Shown piece after piece: positions 19,423-26,725 of a stretch of 64,000 nt of DNA. The stretch is taken from contig CAZWNZ010000003.1 in the NCBI GenBank assembly GCA_964635715.1, positions 37,153 through 101,152 on the forward strand, written 5' to 3'. Origin of the DNA: an uncultured Gammaproteobacteria bacterium (GTDB lineage Bacteria > Patescibacteriota > Microgenomatia > UBA8517). The notes below the pieces were generated by a model, which saw only the letters and a list, made by a program, of their open reading frames with translations, did no database searches and had not been told where the DNA came from. Position 1 is the first letter of the stretch. Each line of letters starts with the position of its first letter. Both the position numbers and the translations under genes were made by a program.

Positions 19423-20388
19423 TTATTTTTTATTTATTGCTTCGTAAATCTCTTTAATAAATTCCATGTTTTTTATATTATTTTCTTGAACATCTTTGAA
19501 TCCTGTACCACTTTTAATCCTGGTCATAAAAAAATCGAGTTGTTTATCCATCATTTCTTCTGTGTTTTCCGTGGTTATATCGTTAATCAATTCTCCCAAT
19601 TTGTTTTTAATCTTTATGTTTTTCTTGTCTCCAATCAGATGACCGTTTGATCCATGGAGACTGTAAGTTTCGATTTTTTCGCCAGTTGATCTCGACAGAG
19701 TTATCGTGCCGTTAAGGCCTGTTTTGTATCCAAACAATATCGATGCAGTGTCTTCGGTGTAAGTTCCGGCAAGTTTAGAATTTGCAAGTGCGGAAGTTCT
19801 GGCAGCGATAAAATCCGGTTTACCGAACCACCATACCAACTGATCAATAATGTGGTAACCCATATCTAAAATACATCCTCCTCCCGCAACTTCTTTATCG
19901 CCTCTCCAGCCCTCGGCTGGATTTTCGATATTTAATTTATATATAGCGTTAAAGAGGAATGGAGTACCAATTTCCGAAATTGACTCTTTCGCTTTCTGGT
20001 ATAAAGAACTAAAGCGCCTTTGTGTACAAATAAAACCATATTTTTCAAATCCTTTAATTTTGGTTAAGGTCACAGCCTCTTCATTATTTCTGGCAAATGG
20101 CTTTTCCTTCATAAAGAAGATCTTGTTTGCACAAAGAAATGCGGCAATTGATTTATATTGATCGTGAGGTACCGAGACAATGCAGAAATCAATATTTTTT
20201 ACAGGAAGATCTTTGAAGTCTCTAAAATAAGGAACGGAAACTAGATTTGGGTACATCGATTTAAAATTGGAATAAGAAGCACTGGATGGGTCACAAATGG
20301 CCACAATTTTCACATCCTCTCTCCTGATTAAGGAGGGGAGATGGTCGTTTAAGTTTTGCCTACCCAGACCAATAATTGCGACTTGCAT
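19423..20388 (-). CDS. Gfo/Idh/MocA family NAD-dependent oxidoreductase
   Basis: IIGLG, KEKPFA, GGGCILDMGYH. Confidence 0.93.
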   Translation of the reverse strand: MQVAIIGLGRQNLNDHLPSLIRREDVKIVAICDPSSASYSNFKSMYPNLVSVPYFRDFKDLPVKNIDFCIVSVPHDQYKSIAAFLCANKIFFMKEKPFARNNEEAVTLTKIKGFEKYGFICTQRRFSSLYQKAKESISEIGTPFLFNAIYKLNIENPAEGWRGDKEVAGGGCILDMGYHIIDQLVWWFGKPDFIAARTSALANSKLAGTYTEDTASILFGYKTGLNGTITLSRSTGEKIETYSLHGSNGHLIGDKKNIKIKNKLGELINDITTENTEEMMDKQLDFFMTRIKSGTGFKDVQENNIKNMEFIKEIYEAINKK

Positions 20389-20406
20389 AAAACCGTGTAT
20401 AATTTA

Positions 20407-20466
20407 ACAATGCGTACTAAATACGCATTGTATGCGTATTCTATACTTGTTAAAAAAAAGTGTCAA
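20407..20466 (-). promoter_or_regulatory. Sigma70 promoter (TTGACA-17 nt-TAGAAT) with overlapping triple ATGCGTA operator
   Basis: -35 at 20466-20461, -10 at 20443-20438; half-sites at 20410-16, 20422-28 (inverted) and 20432-38. Confidence 0.75.
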
Positions 20467-20521
20467 TAGATAAGAAAAAGAAGTAAAAAACAGTGGAAAC
20501 TAAGAAAGGAAAATTTTTAGT

Positions 20522-21205
20522 ATGGTTACAAAAAAATGCAAGGTATTAAAAATAAGCCCTTTTCGACTAGAAGTCGAAGGTACTGATGGTTCGGGAAAAA
20601 GCACATTGATGGATTCCTTGAAAAAATCCCTACACTCTAGATATCCCAGTAAAAGAATAGTTTGTCTGCCTGAATTTTCAGATACTCCACTTGGGTATAT
20701 GGTAGGAAATGTCATAAAAGAAAAAACTTTCTTTTCGTTAGGTGTAAAAAAATCCAACCTCCCGCTGGCAGAAACTTTATGTCTGGCCGGGGATTATATT
20801 GCCAAACTGGAGAAACTCAAGCAATGTCCCAATCCTAACCCGGATATTATTATATCTGACAGAGGCATTGCGACTTTTTGGGTATATCAAGAGATGAGAC
20901 TTAATAAAACATATCGTAATTCTGAGGATGTGTTTAAGGAATGGATGGATCACATGTTTTCTCAGATCGAACCTCCCGATCTCACAGTAATTCTTACTTC
21001 TTCTGAGGAAAGTTTAAGACAAAGATTGGCTAATCGGGGCGATAATGTTACGAATGAATCAATGAAGTTCATACTTACTGCTCAATCAAAATATATTAAT
21101 CTGGCATCCAATAATGATAATTTCTTGATTATAGAAAATTCCGATGGAAATTTACATGAAGTTGTGGAAAAAGTTGTGAGCGCAGTTGCCTGTAAAATCA
21201 GTTGA
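20522..21205 (+). CDS. Thymidylate (dTMP) kinase family protein
   Basis: EGTDGSGKST P-loop, ISDR motif, PDLTVIL, RLANRG lid. Confidence 0.88.
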   Translation: MVTKKCKVLKISPFRLEVEGTDGSGKSTLMDSLKKSLHSRYPSKRIVCLPEFSDTPLGYMVGNVIKEKTFFSLGVKKSNLPLAETLCLAGDYIAKLEKLKQCPNPNPDIIISDRGIATFWVYQEMRLNKTYRNSEDVFKEWMDHMFSQIEPPDLTVILTSSEESLRQRLANRGDNVTNESMKFILTAQSKYINLASNNDNFLIIENSDGNLHEVVEKVVSAVACKIS

Positions 21206-21368
21206 CATTATTTACTGTCAATTCTTCAATATATTTTTCGGCGATTGGAACCCTTTTTATAATCATCAATTATTGTTTTAATTAAGGGTTTGGGAAATAA
21301 GTTTTCAGACAAATTGTTTTCATAACACGCCTTTCTCCGGATAATGAAGCCAATAACTATTAGGCGCT

Positions 21369-21505
21369 TGGCTAAGAGACAGGGATTCCTGCCTCGAGTT
21401 GCTTTGGTCAAGGTGGGCGTACCCCGTTAGGCAGATCCAGAATCTGCAGTCCTACCCGCCTAGACTCGACAGTCTAGTCGAGGCTGGCGATTAGATGATC
21501 ATTGG
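21369..21505 (-). pseudogene. Degenerate tRNA-Gln(CUG) copy with hairpin insertions in D- and T-loops
   Basis: Anticodon arm GCAGA-TTCTGGA-TCTGC; T-stem CGGGG/CCCTG; 3' GCCA; poorly paired acceptor stem. Confidence 0.65.
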
Positions 21506-21510
21506 CAAAG

Positions 21511-21581
21511 CTGTGGAGCTTGGATTCGGACCAAGATAACATCCTCCAGAGGGATGTGTCCTACCGTTAGACGACTCCACA
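21511..21581 (-). tRNA. tRNA-Gln(CUG)
   Basis: Acceptor TGTGGAG/CTCCACA; anticodon arm CATCC-CTCTGGA-GGATG; T-arm CTTGG-TCCGAAT-CCAAG; CCA not encoded. Confidence 0.92.
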
Positions 21582-21587
21582 ACTTTG

Positions 21588-21839
21588 CTAATGATAAGTT
21601 TTCTTAAACAGGTTCTTTAAAAACTTCCTGCCGGCGCAAGATTTTAAATATTTTTCTCTCTTTCTTGCCTCTTCTCTATTGTTAAATTTTTCTGTGTAAA
21701 TAACATTCCAGGGCATGTATCTTTTAGTATAAAAACTTTCTCCTAAATTATGTTGAGACAATCTTTCGTCAAGATTGTCTGTAATTCCTACATAACTTTT
21801 ATTTACTGTGAGACTTTTTAAAACATACACGACATACAT
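21588..21839 (-). CDS. Small GIY-YIG nuclease
   Basis: VYVLKS...YVGIT..L..RL.QHN...A.KRE..LKS..GR. Confidence 0.92.
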   Translation of the reverse strand: MYVVYVLKSLTVNKSYVGITDNLDERLSQHNLGESFYTKRYMPWNVIYTEKFNNREEARKREKYLKSCAGRKFLKNLFKKTYH

Positions 21840-21898
21840 TTTCCACAGACTAGCAGGCTTATTGTATCATCTGAAGCTGAAAATTTCTTAATATTGCT

Positions 21899-21956
21899 GG
21901 TGGTAGGAGGACGAGTTATTTTTAATATTTCTTAAAAATAGCTTGTCGCTACCACC
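21899..21956. repeat. Long imperfect inverted repeat
   Basis: GGTGGTAG..GACGAGTTATTTTTAA-TATTTC-TTAAAAATAGCTTGTC.CTACCACC. Confidence 0.7.
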
Positions 21957-21977
21957 TCGCTCTATGTGAAAATTATT

Positions 21978-22376
21978 TTATTGGGATGGGTAGATAACTT
22001 CTTTGCAAATTAGTAACTGAACTCGAGGATCAAATGCGATGTTTCGTGGTTTTAGTACTGATTGATCCTGGATCCTTGTTAATGAAAGCTGATTTAGCTT
22101 TCCGCAGGGGGTATTTGGATTATCAATATCCCTCAACTCTTTTGGTGAAAGATTGTATCCGTTCATATCCCTTAACAAGTATCCAAATACAGCCTTTGTT
22201 CCTCTGTTGATAGGCAAATGATTACTGAGTCGGAATAGGTCCACCAAGCATTCAGGTAGTACTCTATTTCGCGATTCAATAATTGCTGCAATTTCATCAG
22301 TCCAAAATTGCAATTGGCCAAGATAACTCACAAGCTGATCATCTTTTGGATTTATCGAGTTCAAATTAATTTCCAT
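21978..22376 (-). CDS. Hypothetical protein
   Basis: 132-aa ORF with AAGGAG upstream; no recognised motif. Confidence 0.55.
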   Translation of the reverse strand: MEINLNSINPKDDQLVSYLGQLQFWTDEIAAIIESRNRVLPECLVDLFRLSNHLPINRGTKAVFGYLLRDMNGYNLSPKELRDIDNPNTPCGKLNQLSLTRIQDQSVLKPRNIAFDPRVQLLICKEVIYPSQ

Positions 22377-22446
22377 CCCCTTACTCTCCTTTTTGAAATA
22401 ATTTTTAGGTGCGAGGCCCTATAATACACCTTTAAATTGACAATAA

Positions 22447-22827
22447 TCAAATAAAACGTAGGATTTTAGGAAGAAAAATAATTGCCCCGACCAGGAAAGC
22501 CGCAATTGAAGAAATCAAAACCGCTCCGGCTGAAACGTCTTTGGCAATTTTGGCTTTTTCCTGAATTTCGGGACTTATCATATCCACCATTGCTTCAACG
22601 GCGGTATTTATAAGCTCCAGAATAAGTACGAAGGCAATGACAACAATGAGATTAAACCATTCGGAAACTGAAATTTTCAAAACTATACCCAAAATAATTG
22701 CGGCAACCCCCGCCAAAATTTGAACCCTGAAATTTCTGCCTTTCCTAAATTCGGTTGCAATACCCTCGAAGGCAAACCCGAAACTTTTGGCTAAAGAGTG
22801 TTTTGATTCCACACACCATGATATCAT
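22447..22827 (-). CDS. dgkA: Diacylglycerol/undecaprenol kinase (DgkA family)
   Basis: SFGFAFEGI, ELINTAVEAMVD, KIAKDVSAGAVL; start trimmed from ORF track. Confidence 0.88.
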   Translation of the reverse strand: MISWCVESKHSLAKSFGFAFEGIATEFRKGRNFRVQILAGVAAIILGIVLKISVSEWFNLIVVIAFVLILELINTAVEAMVDMISPEIQEKAKIAKDVSAGAVLISSIAAFLVGAIIFLPKILRFI

Positions 22828-22834
22828 GAAATAT

Positions 22835-23305
22835 ATGGAAAGTGCTGTTCTGGAGTTCTCTGCAACATTTTTAATTTGGATTTTATACGCAAGCTTTATT
22901 GTTCTTTGGTTTGTTAATGGGCGGGTTAAAAGAGAACAAATTTTCAAGGCAATAATCGCAGGTTTGCTGGCTTGGACGATTGCCCAGGGAATCAAACTTG
23001 TTTTTCCAACACTTAGGCCATATATGCTAAATGGCGAACCTGTCGGGGTACTGATAACTCCGATCGGGTCTGCCTTTCCTTCGGCACACACTGCCTTAGC
23101 TTTTAGCTTGGCTGTTACAATTTTTTTACTTGATGGCAAGGTGGGCTGGATATATTTAAGCGCAGCTATGTTTATTGGAATTGCCAGAGTTCTTGCAAAT
23201 GTTCATTACCCGATAGACATAATAGGAGGAGCGCTTATCGGAACCTTAGTGGCAATAATTATAAAAAAAATCCAGACGCTTGGGATTTTGAAAAGGAGGA
23301 AGTAG
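22835..23305 (+). CDS. PAP2 family phosphatase (undecaprenyl-PP phosphatase-like)
   Basis: K...RP, FPSAH, ARV...VHYPID motifs; start trimmed. Confidence 0.88.
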   Translation: MESAVLEFSATFLIWILYASFIVLWFVNGRVKREQIFKAIIAGLLAWTIAQGIKLVFPTLRPYMLNGEPVGVLITPIGSAFPSAHTALAFSLAVTIFLLDGKVGWIYLSAAMFIGIARVLANVHYPIDIIGGALIGTLVAIIIKKIQTLGILKRRK

Positions 23306-23391
23306 GCGAGTTATCCCACATATCGTTCACGCCTCAAGCTGCAATTACTGCGGGACTGCGGCCGCAAGATATATAAATTATCTCACCTACC

Positions 23392-23425
23392 TTGACTTCT
23401 AGCACTTAATTATGTAGACTGCTAA
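23392..23425 (+). promoter_or_regulatory. lon promoter with CIRCE (HrcA operator)
   Basis: TTGACT-17-TAGACT; CTAGCACTT-N9-GACTGCTAA at 23399-23425 vs consensus TTAGCACTC-N9-GAGTGCTAA. Confidence 0.8.
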
Positions 23426-23444
23426 TATTGAATTTTAATCATAC

Positions 23445-25874
23445 ATGACAGATTTAAAAATAACCCAAAAAACGATAAGAAATGTTCCCATTGTTCCGGT
23501 ACGTGGCTCTGTTGTTTTTCCTCATACAGATACACTTGTTTCTTTTGGACGTGCAAAAAGCATAGCTGCTGTTAACTTCGCTTTCCAGAAAGATAGAGTT
23601 ATCGCAATTTTTTCACAAAAAGATCCCAGAACCGTAGATCCGGAAGAAGAGGATCTAAACACAATAGGAACAATAGCAACTATCACTCAGATGATGACTA
23701 CCGAGGGAGAAATTCATGCTCTTGTACGTGGTCAAGCTAGGATTACTCTTCGTGAGATAATTGCGAAAGAACCTTATCTTATGGGAAAGGTTGAAGAAAT
23801 ACCGGAAGAAACTAGCCAGGATCCTGCTTTAGGAGTTTTAGCGAAAAAGATGCAAGAGCTTTTCAAAAAAGCGATTAATCTTGGCAAACAGGCAGAAATA
23901 ATGACGGTTATGAAACTTGTTTCCGGAGGTGCTGATCCCATTGAAGTGAGTGATCAAATTGCATCTCTTCTTGACATATCACCGAGTGAAAAACAAAAAA
24001 TTCTGGAAAAGATAAATATTAGAAAGAGATTGGAAGTTGTTTTTGAATATCTGACAAAAGAGGTTAATGCATTGGAGATAGAACAGACGATTTCTTCAAA
24101 GACTCAAGCCAGGTTTGAAAACCAGATGAAAAAGGCAATGCTTCGTGAAAAGAAAAGAACTATTGAGCAGGAATTGGGTGAGATGGACGAAGATGGGGAA
24201 ATGTCGACAGAAGAATTCAAAGAATATAAAACAAAGATAAAAGCTGCAGGAATGCCGGCGGATATTAAAACGCGTGCAGAGAAAGAACTTAAGCGTTTAA
24301 GTGATATGTCTCCCAATAATCCTGAAGGTGCCTATATTAGAAATTATTTGGATTGGATTTGCGACATGCCTTGGAGTAAAGAAACGCCAAATAACGTAGC
24401 GATCAAAAAAGCTTCAAAAATATTGGAAGACGAACATTTTGGAATTGAAAAAGCCAAAGAACGCATTTTGGAATATCTGGCAGTAATGAAACTTAAAAAA
24501 ACATTAAATCCTGAGCGAGCGAAGAGGGCTGAAGGGCATCCGACCATTCTTTGCTTTATTGGACCTCCCGGAGTTGGAAAAACTTCTATTGGACGTTCAA
24601 TTGCTAAAGCTCTAAACCGTAAATTTGTAAGGGTTTCCTTAGGAGGTATTAGGGATGAGGCTGAAATCAGGGGTCACAGGCGTACATATGTTGGAGCCAT
24701 GCCTGGACGCATTATTCAAGGAATGAAGACCGCTGGTACTAAAAACCCGGTTTTTATGCTCGATGAGATAGATAAGATCGGAGTAGATTTTAGAGGTGAT
24801 CCATCAAGTGCACTTCTGGAAGCGCTTGACCCTGAACAGAATAAAGAATTCTCCGATCATTACTTAGAAGTTCCTTTTGATCTTTCAGAGGTAATGTTCA
24901 TTTGTACAGGAAATGTTTTGGATACCATTCCGGCTCCTCTTAGGGATAGGATGGAAGTTATTACTTTTCCGGGTTATACAGAAGATGAGAAGTTTCAAAT
25001 TGCCAAGAAATTCCTTTGGCCGAAACAGGTTGAAGTACAGGGATTGGCCGGTAGGAAAATCGAAATAGCCGATTCTGGTCTCAAGGAAGTTGTTGGAAGT
25101 TATACAAGAGAAGCCGGAGTTAGAAATTTGGAAAGAAATTTGGCAAACATTTGTAGAAAATTGGCCAGACTCATTGCTGAAAACAAGAAACATCCACTTA
25201 AAATTGAGGCAAAAGATGTCAAAAAACTTTTGGGAAACAAGAGATTTACTTCCCAAATTGCAGACAAAAATGACGAAATAGGCCAAAGTACGGGTCTTTC
25301 CGTGACACCTTTTGGTGGAGAAATTCTTTTCATTGAAGTCTCCATTATGCCCGGTAAAGGTAGACTTACTCTTACGGGACAGTTGGGAGATGTCATGAAA
25401 GAGTCTGCTAAGGCAGCATTTACTTGGACAAGATCTCATTATGACGAGTTAGGTCTTAAATCAAACTTTGCTGAGGATATTGATGTTCATATTCATGTGC
25501 CAGAAGGTGCGGTCCAAAAAGACGGACCGTCAGCTGGGGTGGCGATAACCACAGCCTTGGTATCTGCACTGACAGGAATTCCGGTCAAACGTCATGTTGG
25601 TATGACCGGAGAAATTACCCTACGGGGTCGTGTTTTGGAAATTGGAGGCTTAAAAGAAAAATCAATTGCGGGGCACCGGGCAGGCCTCACCACCATAATT
25701 TGTCCTAAAGACAACAAAAAAGATATGGATGAGATTCCATCTCAAGTTAAGAAGGATATTAAATTTGTTTTTGCTGAAAAAGCTGAAGATGTTTTAGATG
25801 TTGCCTTGGTTTCACCTTTACCTAAAGGAAATGTAAAAAGTACTCCAATTTCGACGATGCTCGCAGCAAACTAA
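23445..25874 (+). CDS. lon: Lon ATP-dependent protease
   Basis: GPPGVGKTS, DEAEIRGHRRTYVG, KDGPSAG. Confidence 0.98.
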   Translation: MTDLKITQKTIRNVPIVPVRGSVVFPHTDTLVSFGRAKSIAAVNFAFQKDRVIAIFSQKDPRTVDPEEEDLNTIGTIATITQMMTTEGEIHALVRGQARITLREIIAKEPYLMGKVEEIPEETSQDPALGVLAKKMQELFKKAINLGKQAEIMTVMKLVSGGADPIEVSDQIASLLDISPSEKQKILEKINIRKRLEVVFEYLTKEVNALEIEQTISSKTQARFENQMKKAMLREKKRTIEQELGEMDEDGEMSTEEFKEYKTKIKAAGMPADIKTRAEKELKRLSDMSPNNPEGAYIRNYLDWICDMPWSKETPNNVAIKKASKILEDEHFGIEKAKERILEYLAVMKLKKTLNPERAKRAEGHPTILCFIGPPGVGKTSIGRSIAKALNRKFVRVSLGGIRDEAEIRGHRRTYVGAMPGRIIQGMKTAGTKNPVFMLDEIDKIGVDFRGDPSSALLEALDPEQNKEFSDHYLEVPFDLSEVMFICTGNVLDTIPAPLRDRMEVITFPGYTEDEKFQIAKKFLWPKQVEVQGLAGRKIEIADSGLKEVVGSYTREAGVRNLERNLANICRKLARLIAENKKHPLKIEAKDVKKLLGNKRFTSQIADKNDEIGQSTGLSVTPFGGEILFIEVSIMPGKGRLTLTGQLGDVMKESAKAAFTWTRSHYDELGLKSNFAEDIDVHIHVPEGAVQKDGPSAGVAITTALVSALTGIPVKRHVGMTGEITLRGRVLEIGGLKEKSIAGHRAGLTTIICPKDNKKDMDEIPSQVKKDIKFVFAEKAEDVLDVALVSPLPKGNVKSTPISTMLAAN

Positions 25875-25903
25875 TTGTGACCATAATTGTCTCTTTCAAG
25901 TTG

Positions 25904-25977
25904 TGTCGCCAGAGGGATTCGAACCCTCAATTTCTTGGATGAGAACCAAGTATCCTAAGCCGTTAGATGATGGCGAC
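25904..25977 (-). tRNA. tRNA-Glu(CUC)
   Basis: Acceptor GTCGCCA/TGGCGAC; anticodon arm CTTGG-TTCTCAT-CCAAG; GAGGG-TTCGAAT-CCCTC. Confidence 0.92.
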
Positions 25978-25980
25978 AAA

Positions 25981-26053
25981 TGTTTCTGAGCGACACCGTC
26001 CTAAGATCGTTAAGCATAGCTTGCACTACCTTTCCATTGTAGACGATGAGGCC
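25981..26053 (-). pseudogene. 5' half of a tRNA-Glu-like gene with expanded D-loop
   Basis: GGCCTCA-TC-GTCTA-[35 nt]-TTAGGAC followed by a decayed anticodon arm; no T-arm. Confidence 0.5.
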
Positions 26054-26107
26054 TTAAGTTCAATATTTTAGCACATTTTTGATTTGTTTTGATACCTTTT
26101 GAATTTC

Positions 26108-26136
26108 TTGACAAGGTTATTGCAAACGTATAAAAT
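26108..26136 (+). promoter_or_regulatory. greA promoter
   Basis: TTGACA-17 nt-TAAAAT. Confidence 0.7.
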
Positions 26137-26166
26137 CTCCATCGTTGGCCTAAAAAGTAAATGCGA

Positions 26167-26202
26167 TCTCTCCAAGGTTTGCGCGTGGGGAGAATTTTTT
26201 TT
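26167..26202 (+). terminator. Terminator/attenuator-like hairpin in greA leader
   Basis: TCTCTCCA...TGGGGAGA followed by A and T8. Confidence 0.6.
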
Positions 26203-26219
26203 CACCAAAACACAATAGA

Positions 26220-26678
26220 ATGAAAAACAATGTGAAATTGACTCAGGAAGGGCTTATTGCCCTAAAAACTGAGCTTAAAGATTTAAGGGATGTAAAAAGA
26301 CCCAAGCTTGTTGATAGGCTCGCAAATGCCCGTTCTCAAGGAGATTTAAGCGAAAATAGCGATTATCAAAGCGCCAAAGAGGAACTTGAGTTTCTTGATG
26401 GTAGAATTGACGAGCTTGAGGAAGTCATTAAGAATGCAAAAGTTACGGCTGCGAAAAAAAGCGGCGGAGTTGACGTGGGAACAAAAGTTACCGTAAAAGT
26501 TGGCACAAATAAAGTAATTTTTAACATAGTCGGTGAATGGGAAGCCGATCCTGTGAATAAAAAGATTTCTCACGAATCCCCGCTTGGAAAGGCACTTTTT
26601 GGCAAAAAAGTTGGAGAAAAAGTAGACGTTGAAGCTCCTGCCGGGAAAGTTCAGTACGAAATTGTTGCGATTGAGTAA
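26220..26678 (+). CDS. greA: Transcription elongation factor GreA
   Basis: ARSQGDLSENSDY, ISHESPLGKAL. Confidence 0.97.
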   Translation: MKNNVKLTQEGLIALKTELKDLRDVKRPKLVDRLANARSQGDLSENSDYQSAKEELEFLDGRIDELEEVIKNAKVTAAKKSGGVDVGTKVTVKVGTNKVIFNIVGEWEADPVNKKISHESPLGKALFGKKVGEKVDVEAPAGKVQYEIVAIE

Positions 26679-26725
26679 ATTCTTCTAATGCTTGAGAAGG
26701 CCGGAGTTACGAGTTAAACTAAGGC

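Noticed and set aside
18215-20388. DH + DegT pair as an ordinary LPS/O-antigen amino-sugar module
   Set aside because: Disfavoured, not excluded: no acetyltransferase, glycosyltransferase or NDP-sugar genes are adjacent, and the glycosylation locus is about 28 kb away.
21202-21221. TTGACA-N8-TGTCAA palindrome at the kinase stop
   Set aside because: Too short to distinguish from chance or a weak terminator.
21226-21411. 61-aa minus-strand ORF
   Set aside because: Starts within the degenerate tRNA; no recognisable domain.
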